Assembly (NCBI RefSeq): GCF_001194135.2
Contig: NC_068982.1
Location: 183,006,340 to 183,070,339, forward strand
Length of the DNA stretch: 64,000 nucleotides
Origin: Octopus bimaculoides
Lineage: Eukaryota
Reading direction: 5' to 3'
In this document: positions 26,155 to 39,566 of the stretch, in pieces
Position numbering within the stretch: the stretch's first letter is position 1
How the letters are laid out: each line of letters opens with the position of its first letter
Position numbers and translations under genes: made by a program
The notes under the pieces: generated by a model
Seen by the model: the letters and a program-made list of their open reading frames with translations, nothing else
What the model was told of the DNA's origin: nothing
The model's database searches: none

Positions 26155-26346
26155 GTTATCTCTCTCCCTTTCATTTTATCTACCCTTCTCTCTCTCTCTC
26201 CCTTTCATTTTATCTACCCTTCTCTCTCTCTCTCCCTTTCATTTTATCTACCCTTCTCTTTCTCTCTCCCTTTCATTTTATCTACCCTTCTCTTTCTCTC
26301 TCCCTTTCATTTTATCTACCCTTCTCTTTCTCTCTCCCTTTCATTT
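26155..26346. repeat. ~35-bp minisatellite (ttatctacccttctctttctctctccctttcattt)n running into a gap
   Basis: At least five near-identical units precede the 600-N gap. Confidence 0.9.
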
Positions 26347-27009
26347 NNNNNNNNNNNNNNNNNNNNNNNNNNNNNNNNNNNNNNNNNNNNNNNNNNNNNN
26401 NNNNNNNNNNNNNNNNNNNNNNNNNNNNNNNNNNNNNNNNNNNNNNNNNNNNNNNNNNNNNNNNNNNNNNNNNNNNNNNNNNNNNNNNNNNNNNNNNNNN
26501 NNNNNNNNNNNNNNNNNNNNNNNNNNNNNNNNNNNNNNNNNNNNNNNNNNNNNNNNNNNNNNNNNNNNNNNNNNNNNNNNNNNNNNNNNNNNNNNNNNNN
26601 NNNNNNNNNNNNNNNNNNNNNNNNNNNNNNNNNNNNNNNNNNNNNNNNNNNNNNNNNNNNNNNNNNNNNNNNNNNNNNNNNNNNNNNNNNNNNNNNNNNN
26701 NNNNNNNNNNNNNNNNNNNNNNNNNNNNNNNNNNNNNNNNNNNNNNNNNNNNNNNNNNNNNNNNNNNNNNNNNNNNNNNNNNNNNNNNNNNNNNNNNNNN
26801 NNNNNNNNNNNNNNNNNNNNNNNNNNNNNNNNNNNNNNNNNNNNNNNNNNNNNNNNNNNNNNNNNNNNNNNNNNNNNNNNNNNNNNNNNNNNNNNNNNNN
26901 NNNNNNNNNNNNNNNNNNNNNNNNNNNNNNNNNNNNNNNNNNNNNNATATATATACATATATATATATATATCATAATGCTGTTTGTGAAACTATATGTG
27001 AATTTGAGA

Positions 27010-27250
27010 AGGCGTGTGGCCTAGTGGCAAGGCTATTGCACTCACGATCGGTAGATCGTGGATTCGATTCCTTAACTGGGCGGCACATTGTGTTCTTGAG
27101 CAATACACTTCATTTCATGTTGCTCTAGTCCTTTCGATCATGGGGAATGCTGGCTTGCTCGCCTAGCCAGCAGGGTGGCATTATTTCAATGCTAAAATAA
27201 TGCAAAGCGCATTGTGACAAGCGATTTGTAACAACCTCTGATAGTCTGGT
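27010..27250 (+). mobile_element. SINE family D (tRNA-like head)
   Basis: A-box-like tggcctagtgg and B-box-like gattcgattcc. The body is shared with the 6226 copy. Confidence 0.7.
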
Positions 27251-27349
27251 CGGTCACGTGATCACGTGTGACATGTGAATCTAAATTAATTGGCCTTGTA
27301 CCCACGTGATTTCAGGCTTAGTTCCACTGCGCGGTACCGTGAGCTATTG

Positions 27350-27660
27350 TGTTTTACAAAAGGCCCTTTCCCCAGCCTTCTAAATGAACTTGGTAGACGG
27401 AAACTGGGCAGAAGCCCGACGTGTGTGTGTTTATATGTGTGTCTATGCGTGTGTGTTTGTCACCACCACCCACTGGTTGACCCAGAGTTGGTTTGTTTAG
27501 CTGCTCATAACTTACCAGTGCAGTAAAACAAACCAACAGAATATGCACCAGGTCTTCAAAATACATAAGTACTAGAGTCGATTTGTTCACGGGACACCTT
27601 TAAAGTAGTGCCCCAGTATAGGCTGAAGGCCAATGACTGAAACAAATAGAAGATAAAAGA
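27350..27660 (+). mobile_element. SINE family B, 5'-truncated
   Basis: ggtagacggaaactg...agaagcccg middle and gactgaaacaa tail. Confidence 0.75.
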
Positions 27661-27992
27661 TTAAAGATTAAAAAATTTTCCACCTAAGAAAACAAGTACA
27701 CTACGATCTATTGATAACTATTTGTCTTTGGACATACATACGTGATTACCTATATTAATAGCAACAGCCTATCGTACTTTCCTCGCTTTCATATGACGCT
27801 ATCTTCAACTGTAATGACAGAGCATCGTCGTTTATATTTTGAGTTCTAACTGAATAAATGATAATATCTGTCAGCATGAAACCTTGGGTTCCAGAAAGAA
27901 AACAAAGATCACATTAAAGGTATGCGCGTGTGTGTGTCGTGTCCTGTGCATATGTGTGTGTGTGTGTGTTTTATCCATATATACATATGCAT

Positions 27993-28044
<52 letters not shown>

Positions 28045-28596
28045 NNNNNNNNNNNNNNNNNNNNNNNNNNNNNNNNNNNNNNNNNNNNNNNNNNNNNNNN
28101 NNNNNNNNNNNNNNNNNNNNNNNNNNNNNNNNNNNNNNNNNNNNNNNNNNNNNNNNNNNNNNNNNNNNNNNNNNNNNNNNNNNNNNNNNNNNNNNNNNNN
28201 NNNNNNNNNNNNNNNNNNNNNNNNNNNNNNNNNNNNNNNNNNNNNNNNNNNNNNNNNNNNNNNNNNNNNNNNNNNNNNNNNNNNNNNNNNNNNNNNNNNN
28301 NNNNNNNNNNNNNNNNNNNNNNNNNNNNNNNNNNNNNNNNNNNNNNNNNNNNNNNNNNNNNNNNNNNNNNNNNNNNNNNNNNNNNNNNNNNNNNNNNNNN
28401 NNNNNNNNNNNNNNNNNNNNNNNNNNNNNNNNNNNNNNNNNNNNNNNNNNNNNNNNNNNNNNNNNNNNNNNNNNNNNNNNNNNNNNNNNNNNNNNNNNNN
28501 NNNNNNNNNNNNNNNNNNNNNNNNNNNNNNNNNNNNNNNNNNNNNNNNNNNNNNNNNNNNNNNNNNNNNNNNNNNNNNNNNNNNTATATATATACA

Positions 28597-28765
28597 AGCG
28601 TAGGAGTGGCTGTGTGGTAAGTAGCTTGCTTACCAACCACATGGTTCCGGGTTCAATCCCACTGCGTAGCACCTTGGGCAAGTGTCTTCTACTTTAACCT
28701 CAGGCCGACCAAAGCCTAGTGAGTGGATTTGGTAGACGGAAACTGAAAGAAGCCCGTCGTATATA
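28597..28765 (+). mobile_element. SINE family B, 5' half
   Basis: Head ggagtggctgtgtggtaagtagcttgcttaccaaccacatggttccgggttcaatccc followed by CORE-like gcaccttgggcaagtgtcttc. Confidence 0.88.
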
Positions 28766-28932
28766 TGTATGTATGTAATGTATGTAATGTATGTATGTAT
28801 GTATGTATGTATGTNNNNNNNNNNNNNNNNNNNNNNNNNNNNNNNNNNNNNNNNNNNNNNNNNNNNNNNNNNNNNNNNNNNNNNNNNNNNNNNNNNNNNN
28901 NNNNNNNNNNNNNNNNNNNNNNNNNNNNNNNN

Positions 28933-28991
<59 letters not shown>

Positions 28992-31889
28992 TATATATAT
29001 ATATACATATATATTGGTTCAAACAAAGAAGGGTACCCTTAGTATTACTGGAACTTGTGAAACTATATATAAAACATGATGAAGAATAACGTTGAAATTT
29101 GGAAAAGCCTTGCAAATGTTTGCTTTTCCGTTTACAGCTAGCATTTGCTCTGTATACGTTAGCTTCTCATTCGCTTTGTTTGCAAATCTTTACTTTTCCG
29201 AGATTGTGACTTATATAGATAGTAAAACAACCAAGCGCACTGACAGCAACAGAAATTTAAATTTATCTGTATGCATATGTACGTATGCAGGTATATATAT
29301 ATATATATAATATATATTTGTTCAAGTGTATATATATCCATAGACTGGTGTGTGCTTATCTCTGAATGTATGCGTATGTAGGCATGTGAATGTTTGTAAA
29401 TATGTGTTGCGATTCTCATCGCAGTCACCCACTGTCATTTACAATGGATCAAAGATCCGATCTAGATATCGATTTTGACGTTAATCAGTTTCCTGTTACC
29501 CATTATTGATATTGAAATATTAAGATTGAGTTTATCTGTGATCGATTGTTCCACTTTGAAAACAGAATATTTTGCCGAATTTCGATTCCTAATACTGATA
29601 TCTAATATTGATTAAGAAAATCATGAGAAATATCGATCTAGATTCTTTTTAAGTCTTTGTTTTGCAGAAAAGAATGGGTGCCATATGACGGCAGAAATGA
29701 AAACATCTAAGTACAGGGCTACATGCAGGGAAGAAGTGTCACAATGTCGAAGACTCGGTGTTTGATTTTACGTGTTTCATATTATGTATAGTGCGCAGAA
29801 GAGATTAGAGATGTCAATATAAATAGTTTAAAGGGAGAATGGCAGAAAGTATTAGAAAGTTGGTCTGAGGGTTCACAACAAACTAAACGTCTTTAAAGAC
29901 ACCCAAGGATCGTGGGTTGTAAATTTAATCCACCTGGGTAATGATTAAGCTTACAATCCAAAATTGAGTAAAATTGAGTAGATTTTCGTAATATACTATA
30001 ATGTAGATGCAAGCAAGAAGCAAGGGTCTTTTCTTTATTTCTTTTCTCTTTTATTTGCTGGGTCTTGAAGAAGGAACAGCACCCATGGCTTTCGCAGACT
30101 TTCTGATACTAGTAAGATTGATTTTTTCTTTTTGTTTATTTTAGTTAAACATGGATAAAAGAAGAGGTTGTGCTCATGGTCTTTGCAGGCCCTCGGAGAC
30201 TAATCAGCTGAATGCCGTTAATATTCCGTCTTAAACTGTTGCAAATCAACAATTGCCGGTAATGTATCACCTGCTTAAGTATGGATCTGTTCGTCGTATT
30301 CTTTGCATGAGAGTGAAACAAAGAGGCAATTGATACATAGAAAGAAGAGATGCCATTAAATTTCTTTTGGAACCATTGCAAGAAGGAATTCCAGAAATCT
30401 CACACCTTGGAAACGAAGAACAGGGCATAGTGATTGTTTTGGGGCCTGGGGGTTGGACATAACAAGAGCGATGAAAGAAGGAGAAGTGGGTGGATCAAGA
30501 TTTCTTGCATGGAAGTTCATTAGCCCAGCCAGCTGTGATGAGCAAAGCTCTTTGTAATAGGCTGTGGGTTTGAAGTTGGAGTGTCTGTAAATGACTTTAT
30601 GCTGATCAGTTACGTTGCCCTTTCCAGATGCGGTTTAGGATGACGTGTATGTGAGCAGAGACGGCACTGCCTCACGTGTAGAAGTAATACTCTGTTGTGG
30701 GCTTCACCTGAGCTTTGTTGAGTATCAATAAAAGGCCTGTTGCTGCGATGCGGCTCTACTTATAAATGTACTTTCACTAGAAATCTTAGGTAATATTGAG
30801 GCACAAAATTTGGAGCGACCGTGAAGACTGTAGCAGCCTGCTAAGTGTTTAAGTGAATTGTGGCTTGAAGTTGCTTTGCTGGTATGGATTTGTACTTTCT
30901 TGTTGTAGGAAGAGACAAGTTTCTTTCATACTCAATGGAATATGAGTTCAAGGCCTGTCTTAATAGAATCGCTGTCTGTTTGGACAAATATATTTTACCG
31001 TAGTGTCGAGTCGATGGAAGCCTAGTGGTCAAATCGGATAAAAGGAGACTATGCGGTAGCACGTCGGATGGACCGTAGCTATAATTCAAAGCTGCAACCA
31101 AATCACATTATGTCATGATGATTCTTCTTAAGAATTACGTTAAGAGTACACGTGTCTGTGAAATACTCAGACTCTTACACGTTCAATTGATCGAACAATT
31201 GAATGGTCAACGTCGTAACGGACAGATAATCCATTATCGTCATCGTCGTCATCATTGTCGTCATCGTCGTCGTCGGCGTCATCAATGTCGTATAATATAG
31301 CCGCTGTTATCGTTTAGACCTAATTCAGTTCTATGAGTAAAAGCGTTGCAAACATTACCGCTCCTCATTTTTTTTTTTTTTTAGTCATACTGGACTACAT
31401 TATCCCGTGTGGTTTTTACTTTAAGATCTTGTAGTTACGTTTGAAGGATGCTTGTTTGCTGTTTCTAGAAAGTCAGACGACCATGTAAAGACTGCTCTGT
31501 GATTCAAAGCTTAGTGTAATAGTCAAATATAATATAAGATTCTTGTTCCATCGTTTCATTTGTATACTAGGACTGCTTCTTGCGTGAAGTTGATCGAGAT
31601 CACACAACAACATTCTAACGCGACTTCTGTTCAGTAGAAGACAATTGACAAGTTCTCCGTCAAACTCAACGATGATCATAGACTCATAAAATTAATTTAT
31701 AAACAGCTAATTTTTCCAAAGACACGTGTATCCTCAGTGTACTTCTCAGGCTGAACAGCGTAGCATTATGTAACAAGCATTGTCTTTTTAATTATTGCCA
31801 CAATAAAGAGAATGGGATGAGAAGAGAGACAGACAGACAGATAGACAGACAGACAGACAGAGAAATCGTTTCTAGTATTGGACAGGTAG

Positions 31890-31990
31890 TTTGTTTAACA
31901 ATCCCAAAACGATGAAGGGCAAAGTTGGCCTCGGCGGAATTTGAACTCGGTGAGCTTGAATGAGTATTGCAAGACATTCTGTTCGACACT
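31890..31990 (-). mobile_element. SINE family A fragment
   Basis: gatgaagggcaaagttggcctcggcggaatttgaactc matches the family core. Confidence 0.65.
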
Positions 31991-32429
31991 TGAAATTATT
32001 CTACTAACACGCTGGTTGGATCAAGTGACGCTATACTCTATAGTGTAATGTGTTGTTGCTTATAGCTGTCTATTATTGTTATACTATCGTGTCGTATAGA
32101 ATATATCGCCCAGGTTGTTACTATTATTTTACAGTATCAATCACGTGAAAGTGAGAGAGAAATTTTAGTGAATATGAAAGGGGGAAAAAAATCTATAATA
32201 GGCACGGCAAAATATTGAGTTGCTTCCCCTGAAAAGTCTATATAGAGTAATCTCCCTTGTATATATTGTGCTTTTGACATGTAATTTTGTATTTTATTTC
32301 TAGTCTAGATTTGATGAAAACAGAAGAATCTTACTGAGCCTACCTTATGCAAGATAAGACAAAAGTTGCTACATGTTCATCGATTTTATATATTTTACAG
32401 TCAATTTTCTGTTACGTCTTGTAAATTCT

Positions 32430-32501
32430 AAATGTTGAAATTTAAAGTGACGTTAAGTCAGGCCGTCTATTTCTTAATGGTCACTTTAAATTTCAGCATT
32501 T
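32430..32501. other. 72-nt near-perfect hairpin (pre-miRNA-like or MITE remnant)
   Basis: aaatgttgaaatttaaagtgacgttaag, a 15-nt loop, then cttaatggtcactttaaatttcagcattt. About 28 bp of stem with G:U pairs and one bulge. Confidence 0.55.
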
Positions 32502-32570
32502 CTATGAATGAAGTGCGAGGGAAATGAGAGAGAGGAAGAGGAGAAGGGAGAGGAGGAGGAGGAGGAGGAG

Positions 32571-32620
32571 GTAACGAAGGGGAGGAGGTAACGAAGGGGA
32601 GGAGGTAACGATGGGGAGGA
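32571..32620. repeat. 17-bp tandem repeat (gtaacgaaggggaggag) x3 in a purine-rich tract
   Basis: Units start at 32571, 32588 and 32605. Confidence 0.85.
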
Positions 32621-33949
32621 GGACAAAAAGGAAGACATGGAGGTGGATGAAAAAGAGAAGGACGAGGAACAGGAGGATGAGGAAGAGGTTACTGTTGATG
32701 ATGATGATGATGAGGAGGAGGAGGAGGATGTTGTTCTGGTGCGGTGGGGGTTGGCGATGGTAGTTGCCTTCGCTCTGTTTGTTTAGCCTCGAGTCAACAC
32801 TGATTGAGCAAACTTTGAAGATCCGTTTGAAATCACGAATAAAATCACTCTTATTGTAATCAGTCCGATACTTAGTGGTCCGTAACTGTTCAGCTGTTTA
32901 CCAAAATGAATCAGAAGAATATAAAAGAACCGCTACTGAAACATTCAAAAAAGAAAAAAACATTGGCTAAACTCCTAAAGATGATACCGAACCAGCCCAG
33001 CATTCAAGGATACACTTAGCGAAGATCAGCTGCTACAAACTCAATAATAGACCAACTTCCTGCTATAAAGCGACAACAAAACCGATAGGAATTAAGTTAC
33101 GGCTGTGCTCCAGCGTGGCCGCAGTTCTACGATTGAAACCATTAACAGAACAGAGTTCTTGTCTTGATGATGCTGGCATTTTTCTCTTTTTTTTTTCTTT
33201 TTGCCATGTATCTAGGATTACATTCTTCAAAAAATCTACAGAGTGGTTGCTATATATTAACAAGGCCCATAGCAACCACATGGAACCCTAAAAGTTTCTC
33301 GTTTATATCCGTAAAGTATATGTATAGTAATTGTGTTCTGATACTGGGAAGAGAAACCAGGTCAGAAACGCAAAATTGTTTGTCACATTTGAAGGCCAGA
33401 TTTGAATTAAATATGCAACAATGGATCTTCATTAAAATGATTTATTTAATAAACGTAAAATTATAATTATAAAAATTGAGAATTTGTAAATTATAAATAT
33501 TAAAGCAATATCTGTAAATGTAAAACTACTCATAACATTTTTAGAGAAATTAGATCATTAGAATAGAAATACAAACTTTCTTTGTGTTATATTTAAGATC
33601 TTGCCATAATGCAGTGTCTGTAACGCGCAAAGCATTTTTTTTTTTTCGGTTGACCACCATGTTACATAGAAAGCAATAAGATTTTCGTGGTAGGGACGAT
33701 ATTTTCATAGCAATATGACGATATTTTCATGGCAATATCGTTTCCATAACGCGGGGTTGTTTGTATCATTTGACCAATAAAAATATATTTTATACGCAAA
33801 ACCCTATCTTCTAGATCAGCATGGGTAAAGGCCTAAAAAACATCATGTGACTATGCAACGAAGTCTAATTTGTAATAAGAATTAAAATGTGGTTTGGAGT
33901 GGGGAGATTCTTAGTGGATGTAATTTAGCTATTGTTACTTAACTTCGAA

Positions 33950-34150
33950 CTGAAAGCGGCGAGCTGGCAGAATCATTAACGCGTGGGGAAAATGCCTTGT
34001 GGTATTTACTCAAGCCCTGTACATTGTGAATTCAAATCCTAAAATCAATTTTGCTTTTCAACTCTCCAAAATCGATCAAATAAGCCAAAAGCCAAATATT
34101 GGAGTTGGTGGTATCGATTAACTCCTTCCCCTGAAAGTGGCTAAATTAGA
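33950..34150 (+). mobile_element. SINE family A, diverged
   Basis: gcggcgagctggcagaatcattaac head, and ttttgcttttcaact core remnant. Confidence 0.7.
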
Positions 34151-34204
34151 AACTGTTATTTAATCTTAAATTAACGTTTATCATTAAAAGTTATAATAAT
34201 CATA

Positions 34205-34520
34205 GATGCAGGAGTGACCGTGTGGTAAGAAGTTTGCTTCCCAACCACATGGTTCCGGGTTCAGTCTCACTGCGTGACACCTTTGGCAAGTGTCTTCTAC
34301 TATAGCTCGTGTGAATGTGTTTGCGTGCTTGTTCCTCACCATCACCTGACAACCGATGTTGGCTTGTTTACGCTCTCGTAACTTAGTAGTTCCGCAAGAG
34401 AGGCCGATAGAATAAGTACCAGGCTTTAAAATAAATAAGTACTGAGATCGATTCATTCGACTAAAATTCTTCAAGGCAGGGCTGCATCGTGGCCGCAATC
34501 TAATGACTGAAACAAGTGAC
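34205..34520 (+). mobile_element. SINE family B, near full length
   Basis: Head, CORE-like middle and gactgaaacaagt tail are all present. Confidence 0.85.
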
Positions 34521-35481
34521 AAAAAAATATCATTATTTCAAAATCAACATTTATCAGGAACAGCCATAACCATCTTCTTGCACTTTATTTAGCCATCGTG
34601 TTTCTACTACTAAATAGAGTATCACTTTTTCAGGTGTGATTTGAAGGATATTAGGCTGCTATTTTTAGCATGGCTAAAAACAATATGGAGGGTTTTTTCC
34701 TTAACATCTATGCGGTGTTAAAGCTGTTGCCCATAGATGTTGCCTGTGTGTGAATGATCAGAGAACAACGAAGGGTGGTATCATGTAAAGGTGAGTGCAT
34801 AATAAAGTTAATCCGTGCCCGGTCCATCAGCAGGACCTGAGTTTAGCTGACTTGAGTACAACTCATTCTTGATTGATTTTAATAGGGTCCACTCTGTTTG
34901 AAACTACCACTACCACCTGACTTTGGATAGCTTCCATTCAGTTAGAATCAATCGGCTCACATCTCAAATCCAATTAAATGGAGTTCATCCTCAATTCCTC
35001 CTACCAGTGAGGTAACCCAATATGCAGAGTCAGTGGAGCAACGGATAGAGTGTTTCGCGGGAATCATTCCGGAGACGGCGGCGGAGGCGGCGGCGAAGAC
35101 GGCGGCGAAGACGGCGGCGAAGGCGGCGGCGAAGGCGGCGGCGGAGGCNNNNNNNNNNTTGGTAGTGGTGGTGGTCGTAGTCGTCGTCGTCGTCGTCGTC
35201 GTCGTCGTAGTCGTCTTCGTGCTACTGGTGTTAGTGCTAGTGACAGTGGTAATGGTGCTTAGGATGCCGGTGACGATGGTGGTAGTGATAGAGCTGATAA
35301 CGATGGAGGTAACTAACATACAGTATATTTCATCCTTTATGGCCCCTATGGAAATTTGCCATCATTTCACCATTCCTGTCTCGGACATATCTACGGGTTC
35401 GGTCACTTGACACTAGCCATCATCATCACCATCATCACCAACACTGCCACTACCACCACAATCATCCTCATCATCATCAGT

Positions 35482-35516
<35 letters not shown>

Positions 35517-35554
35517 TATCATCATCATCATTATTATCATCATCATTTCCGCCG

Positions 35555-35672
35555 AAGATGACTTGGCTTTCATCAATTCGGGATCGATAAAGTAAGTACC
35601 AGTTAAGTTCTGAGGTCGATGCAGACGGCTAACTCCTCCCGGCAAATTTCAGGCCTTTGTGCCTATTGTAAA
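35555..35672 (+). mobile_element. SINE family A, 3' half
   Basis: ggctttcatc...gatcgataaagtaagtaccag...aaatttcaggcctttgtgcc. Confidence 0.7.
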
Positions 35673-36206
35673 ATAAAAAGTATTATTATGACGCAAATTT
35701 CCCTATCAGTTTCGGTCAAGTGCTGTCATTCTATGAGCGTTTTAGAAACGTTAGAATTGTTTTTGTGTTAGAAATCCTCTGACGTTGGAATACTATATTG
35801 GCAGCAAAGTCGACGCGATATTAAAGAGATGTTCGCTGAAAAGAGCGTTTCCATTGATCTTCAAATGTGTCTTGTGTTTTTGGTTTAAAGAACCATTATT
35901 TTTCCTTTTCAAGCTTTGGTCAGATCACGATGACATAACAAGGATAGAGTGACAGGGAGAGAGGAAGAGAGAGAGAGAGAGATATCATAACGGTAAAGCT
36001 ATATTTATTTCAATACTTGTCTGTCTATGTGTCTAGAATATATTTTATATCGTACAGGTCAGATGGCGGAAATGAAGATCAGAGTTATAAATCCTAACAT
36101 TTCGAAGATCTTGTTTTCGTTTATCATCAAAGACTGTAGAACTTCGCTTAATATTTCTTAAAAGAACTTTGGCACGACTCTGAATCAAATACTGTTTATG
36201 TTTTTC

Positions 36207-36252
<46 letters not shown>

Positions 36253-37009
36253 GTATTTCTAATGTTCGTGTAGCTGCTGTTGTTGTTGATGATGTTGTCG
36301 ATGTTGTTGGTGTTGTTGGTGTTTTTGTTGTACTTTTAATGTGGCTGAGCTGTTGTTGTTGTTGTACCACTAATGTTGTTGTAGTAGAATTACTTTCTAA
36401 CATTTGTGATACTTTGGTTGCAGTTAATGTTAAGGCTATGATATACGAATTAAATAATACACTGTGATGTGATTCGTTAAGAGGTGACGGTGGTTGCTTG
36501 TGGTGACGGCAGCAGTGTACGCCTATGTATATGCATATTCATATATATATATATATGCATGTGCATATCTGTGTGTGTGCGTGCGTGTGCATGTGCGTGC
36601 GTGTGTGTGTATGTGTGTGTATGCATGAATGTATACATGTAAATCTCGTCGTCGTCGTCATCATCAGCTTTCCTCTCTTTTAGGAGACGATGAAAATGTT
36701 CCCTTTTCCTTTCTTTTCCATTTCTAACTCACCCTACTTCCGCTCTACGCTCAAAATATGCCGACTCATTGTATGTAGTGTCCATTCATGCCAATTCAGA
36801 AGTGATGTGACAGCCAGTCCTTATTGCAGTCACCACAGATGACGGCTGAGTCTTCGTGTAAAGTTGATAGCTTCCACTTTCGTCTTTTTAATGCCAGGAA
36901 TTGGTTTCGATCGCCGTCCGTTTTATTCACTTCTTCTTTTACAGCATATTTCCAGAAGAAATGACTCCTTGATATGTTCTCTCGCGACTATTTTAATGTG
37001 TGTGCTTAA

Positions 37010-37405
37010 CGGAAAGCGGAGGCGCAAGGGCCCAGTGATTAGAGCACCGGACTCGCGGTCATAGGATCGCGGTTTCGATTCCCAGACCGGGCGTTGTGAG
37101 TGTTTATTGAGCGAAAACACCTAAAGCTCCACAAGGCTCCGGCAGGGGATGGTGGTGAACCCTGTCGTACTCTTCCACCACAACTTTCTCTCACACTTAC
37201 TTCCTGTTTCTGTTGTGCCTGTAATTCAAAGGGTCAGCCTTGTCACACTGTGTCACGCTGAATATCCCCGAGAACTACGTTAAGGGTACACGTGTCTGTG
37301 GAGTGCTCAGCCACTTGCACGTTAATTTCACGAGCAAGCTGTTCCGTTGATCGGATCAACAGGAACCCTCGACGTCGTAAGCGACGGAGTGCCAACAACA
37401 ACAAC
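37010..37405 (+). mobile_element. SINE family C, full length, (CAA)n tail
   Basis: tRNA-like head with A- and B-box-like motifs (ggcccagtgattagagc; ggtttcgattccc), a ~390-bp body and a caacaacaac end. A related fragment lies at about 31130-31215. Confidence 0.8.
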
Positions 37406-38559
37406 GGAAAGCGCTTTTGTACGTATCTTTATATCACAGGTAACGACGGTCTATTTGGACGTGATCTGCACTCAAGCATTCTTAGGGCTGCAATCACCGT
37501 CCAGCCGCTACTCAGGACCAAGCTGTTCCTATTAATGGCTTCAGACTCAATGTTAGATAACTTCAGCTAATTACAGCCAATCGTAATAAAAAAACTTGTC
37601 TCTTAATACTAGGATTTATGTGTGAAACGATATATTAACAGATATACAACCTATCTTCAAAGATGTGTTGTGAACGTTTTGAAGATAGAAAGTTAATATG
37701 ATGGCAAGCACCTAGGAATTTACTTGGAATTAGAATAACATTAACTTAGATAATCTGGCGGCAAAGTAGATAATCCAACATAGACGGATTATCCAATTTG
37801 CCGGATTAATTGAAAATAATCCGTAGTGTATCTACTCGCACGAGCGCGTGTGCATGTTTATAATATATATGTATATATCTTTTACTTGTTTCAGTCATTA
37901 GACTGCAGCTATGTTGGGGTACCATATATGTATATATCTTTTACTTGTTTCAGTCATNNNNNNNNNNNNNNNNNNNNNNNNNNNNNNNNNNNNNNNNNNN
38001 NNNNNNNNNNNNNNNNNNNNNNNNNNNNNNNNNNNNNNNNNNNNNNNNNNNNNNNNNNNNNNNNNNNNNNNNNNNNNNNNNNNNNNNNNNNNNNNNNNNN
38101 NNNNNNNNNNNNNNNNNNNNNNNNNNNNNNNNNNNNNNNNNNNNNNNNNNNNNNNNNNNNNNNNNNNNNNNNNNNNNNNNNNNNNNNNNNNNNNNNNNNN
38201 NNNNNNNNNNNNNNNNNNNNNNNNNNNNNNNNNNNNNNNNNNNNNNNNNNNNNNNNNNNNNNNNNNNNNNNNNNNNNNNNNNNNNNNNNNNNNNNNNNNN
38301 AATATGATGGCAAGCACCTAGGAATTTACTTGGAATTAGAATAACATTAACTTAGATAATCTGGCGGCAAAGTAGATAATCCAACATAGACGGATTATCC
38401 AATTTGCCGGATTAATTGAAAATAATCCGTAGTGTATCTACTCGCACGAGCGCGTGTGCATGTTTATAATATATATGTATATATAAAAGACATTAACTGT
38501 ATAAAAGTCAATACGAAGTGTATTCCATCCAATGAGAGTTCAATATTACTAAACGTTTC

Positions 38560-38851
38560 AGCTACATGTACTTATCGCGCTACTAATAGTTTCCTGTACT
38601 CGCGTAGGTTCATCAGGCGCCAATCAAAACGCTCAGTAATCTTGACTCAAAACGAAAAATTGCACAGCACACTCTTCACGTCTGTACTCAACGCGTCACT
38701 GCGGGCAAATAGCACGACCAACAGACACGAAAATTTTTCCGCATGCTCAGGAAGGACTCGATCACTTAATACCCAAGCGGATTTTGCTCACGCATTATTA
38801 TTTTGTGCAAAAGAAAAGTCAAGGTCAAAAATTTTTTGACTACACCTCGTA
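38560..38851 (-). mobile_element. Mariner-like terminal fragment
   Basis: The right end reads tacgaggtgtagtcaaaaaattt on the minus strand, resembling the tacgag-type TIRs at 50549 and 54318. The coding part is not recognisable. Confidence 0.4.
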
Positions 38852-39474
38852 TATGTATAGATTTTGATTCTCTGACAACCCCTCAATAGGGCAATCAAGA
38901 CATCACTTTGTTAAAACCAACAAGAAGGACATCTTTGACTAATTTCCCAACTATTCTGAACCCTGTCTTTGAAAGCCAGCTTCCCCTCCAATTCATATTA
39001 TCTGCCATCACAGAACATGACAGTTTCTTAATTGCATATTAACATAATTATGTCAGCACGACTGGCGAAATACAGCTTAATTATACAAGAGGTATTCCAT
39101 ATTAATGGTTGTCTAAGCCGAGATATGGAATTAATTTAATCAAAGACAGCAAAATTTAAATATTAAACAGAACTATTTCTCTTCTTCGTCATTTCCTCAA
39201 CTGTAATTTGCTAATCTATATTTTTGTTTGTTAGTTTGTTTGTTTGTTTGTTTTTTTGTATTTTTGTTTTTTTTTTTGTATTTTGTTTTTTGATTAGGAC
39301 ACCTTATCTTGAAACAGGAAGAAAATAGTAACAACGACAATATCAACAATAACAAGTAAAATTATATTTCTGATTAGTTCGTCACAAAGACAGCAAACAC
39401 GACAGCGTTGGAAACTGATATAATGTACAATACAGTGCAGACTTATACACTATGCAAGCATTCCTTGCGATGTG

Positions 39475-39552
<78 letters not shown>

Positions 39553-39566
39553 CCTTTCTACTATAT

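Noticed and set aside
26155-26346. Regular repeats resembling a CRISPR-like array
   Set aside because: The units are contiguous with no unique spacers, and the context is eukaryotic. This is a minisatellite.
37020-37095. tRNA-like sequences here and at 44009, 27010 and 28597
   Set aside because: They have no complete acceptor stem and continue into multi-copy SINE bodies. They are SINE heads, not tRNA genes.
37695-38483. ~185-bp identical repeat on both sides of an N-gap
   Set aside because: Typical unmerged contig overlap in a scaffold.
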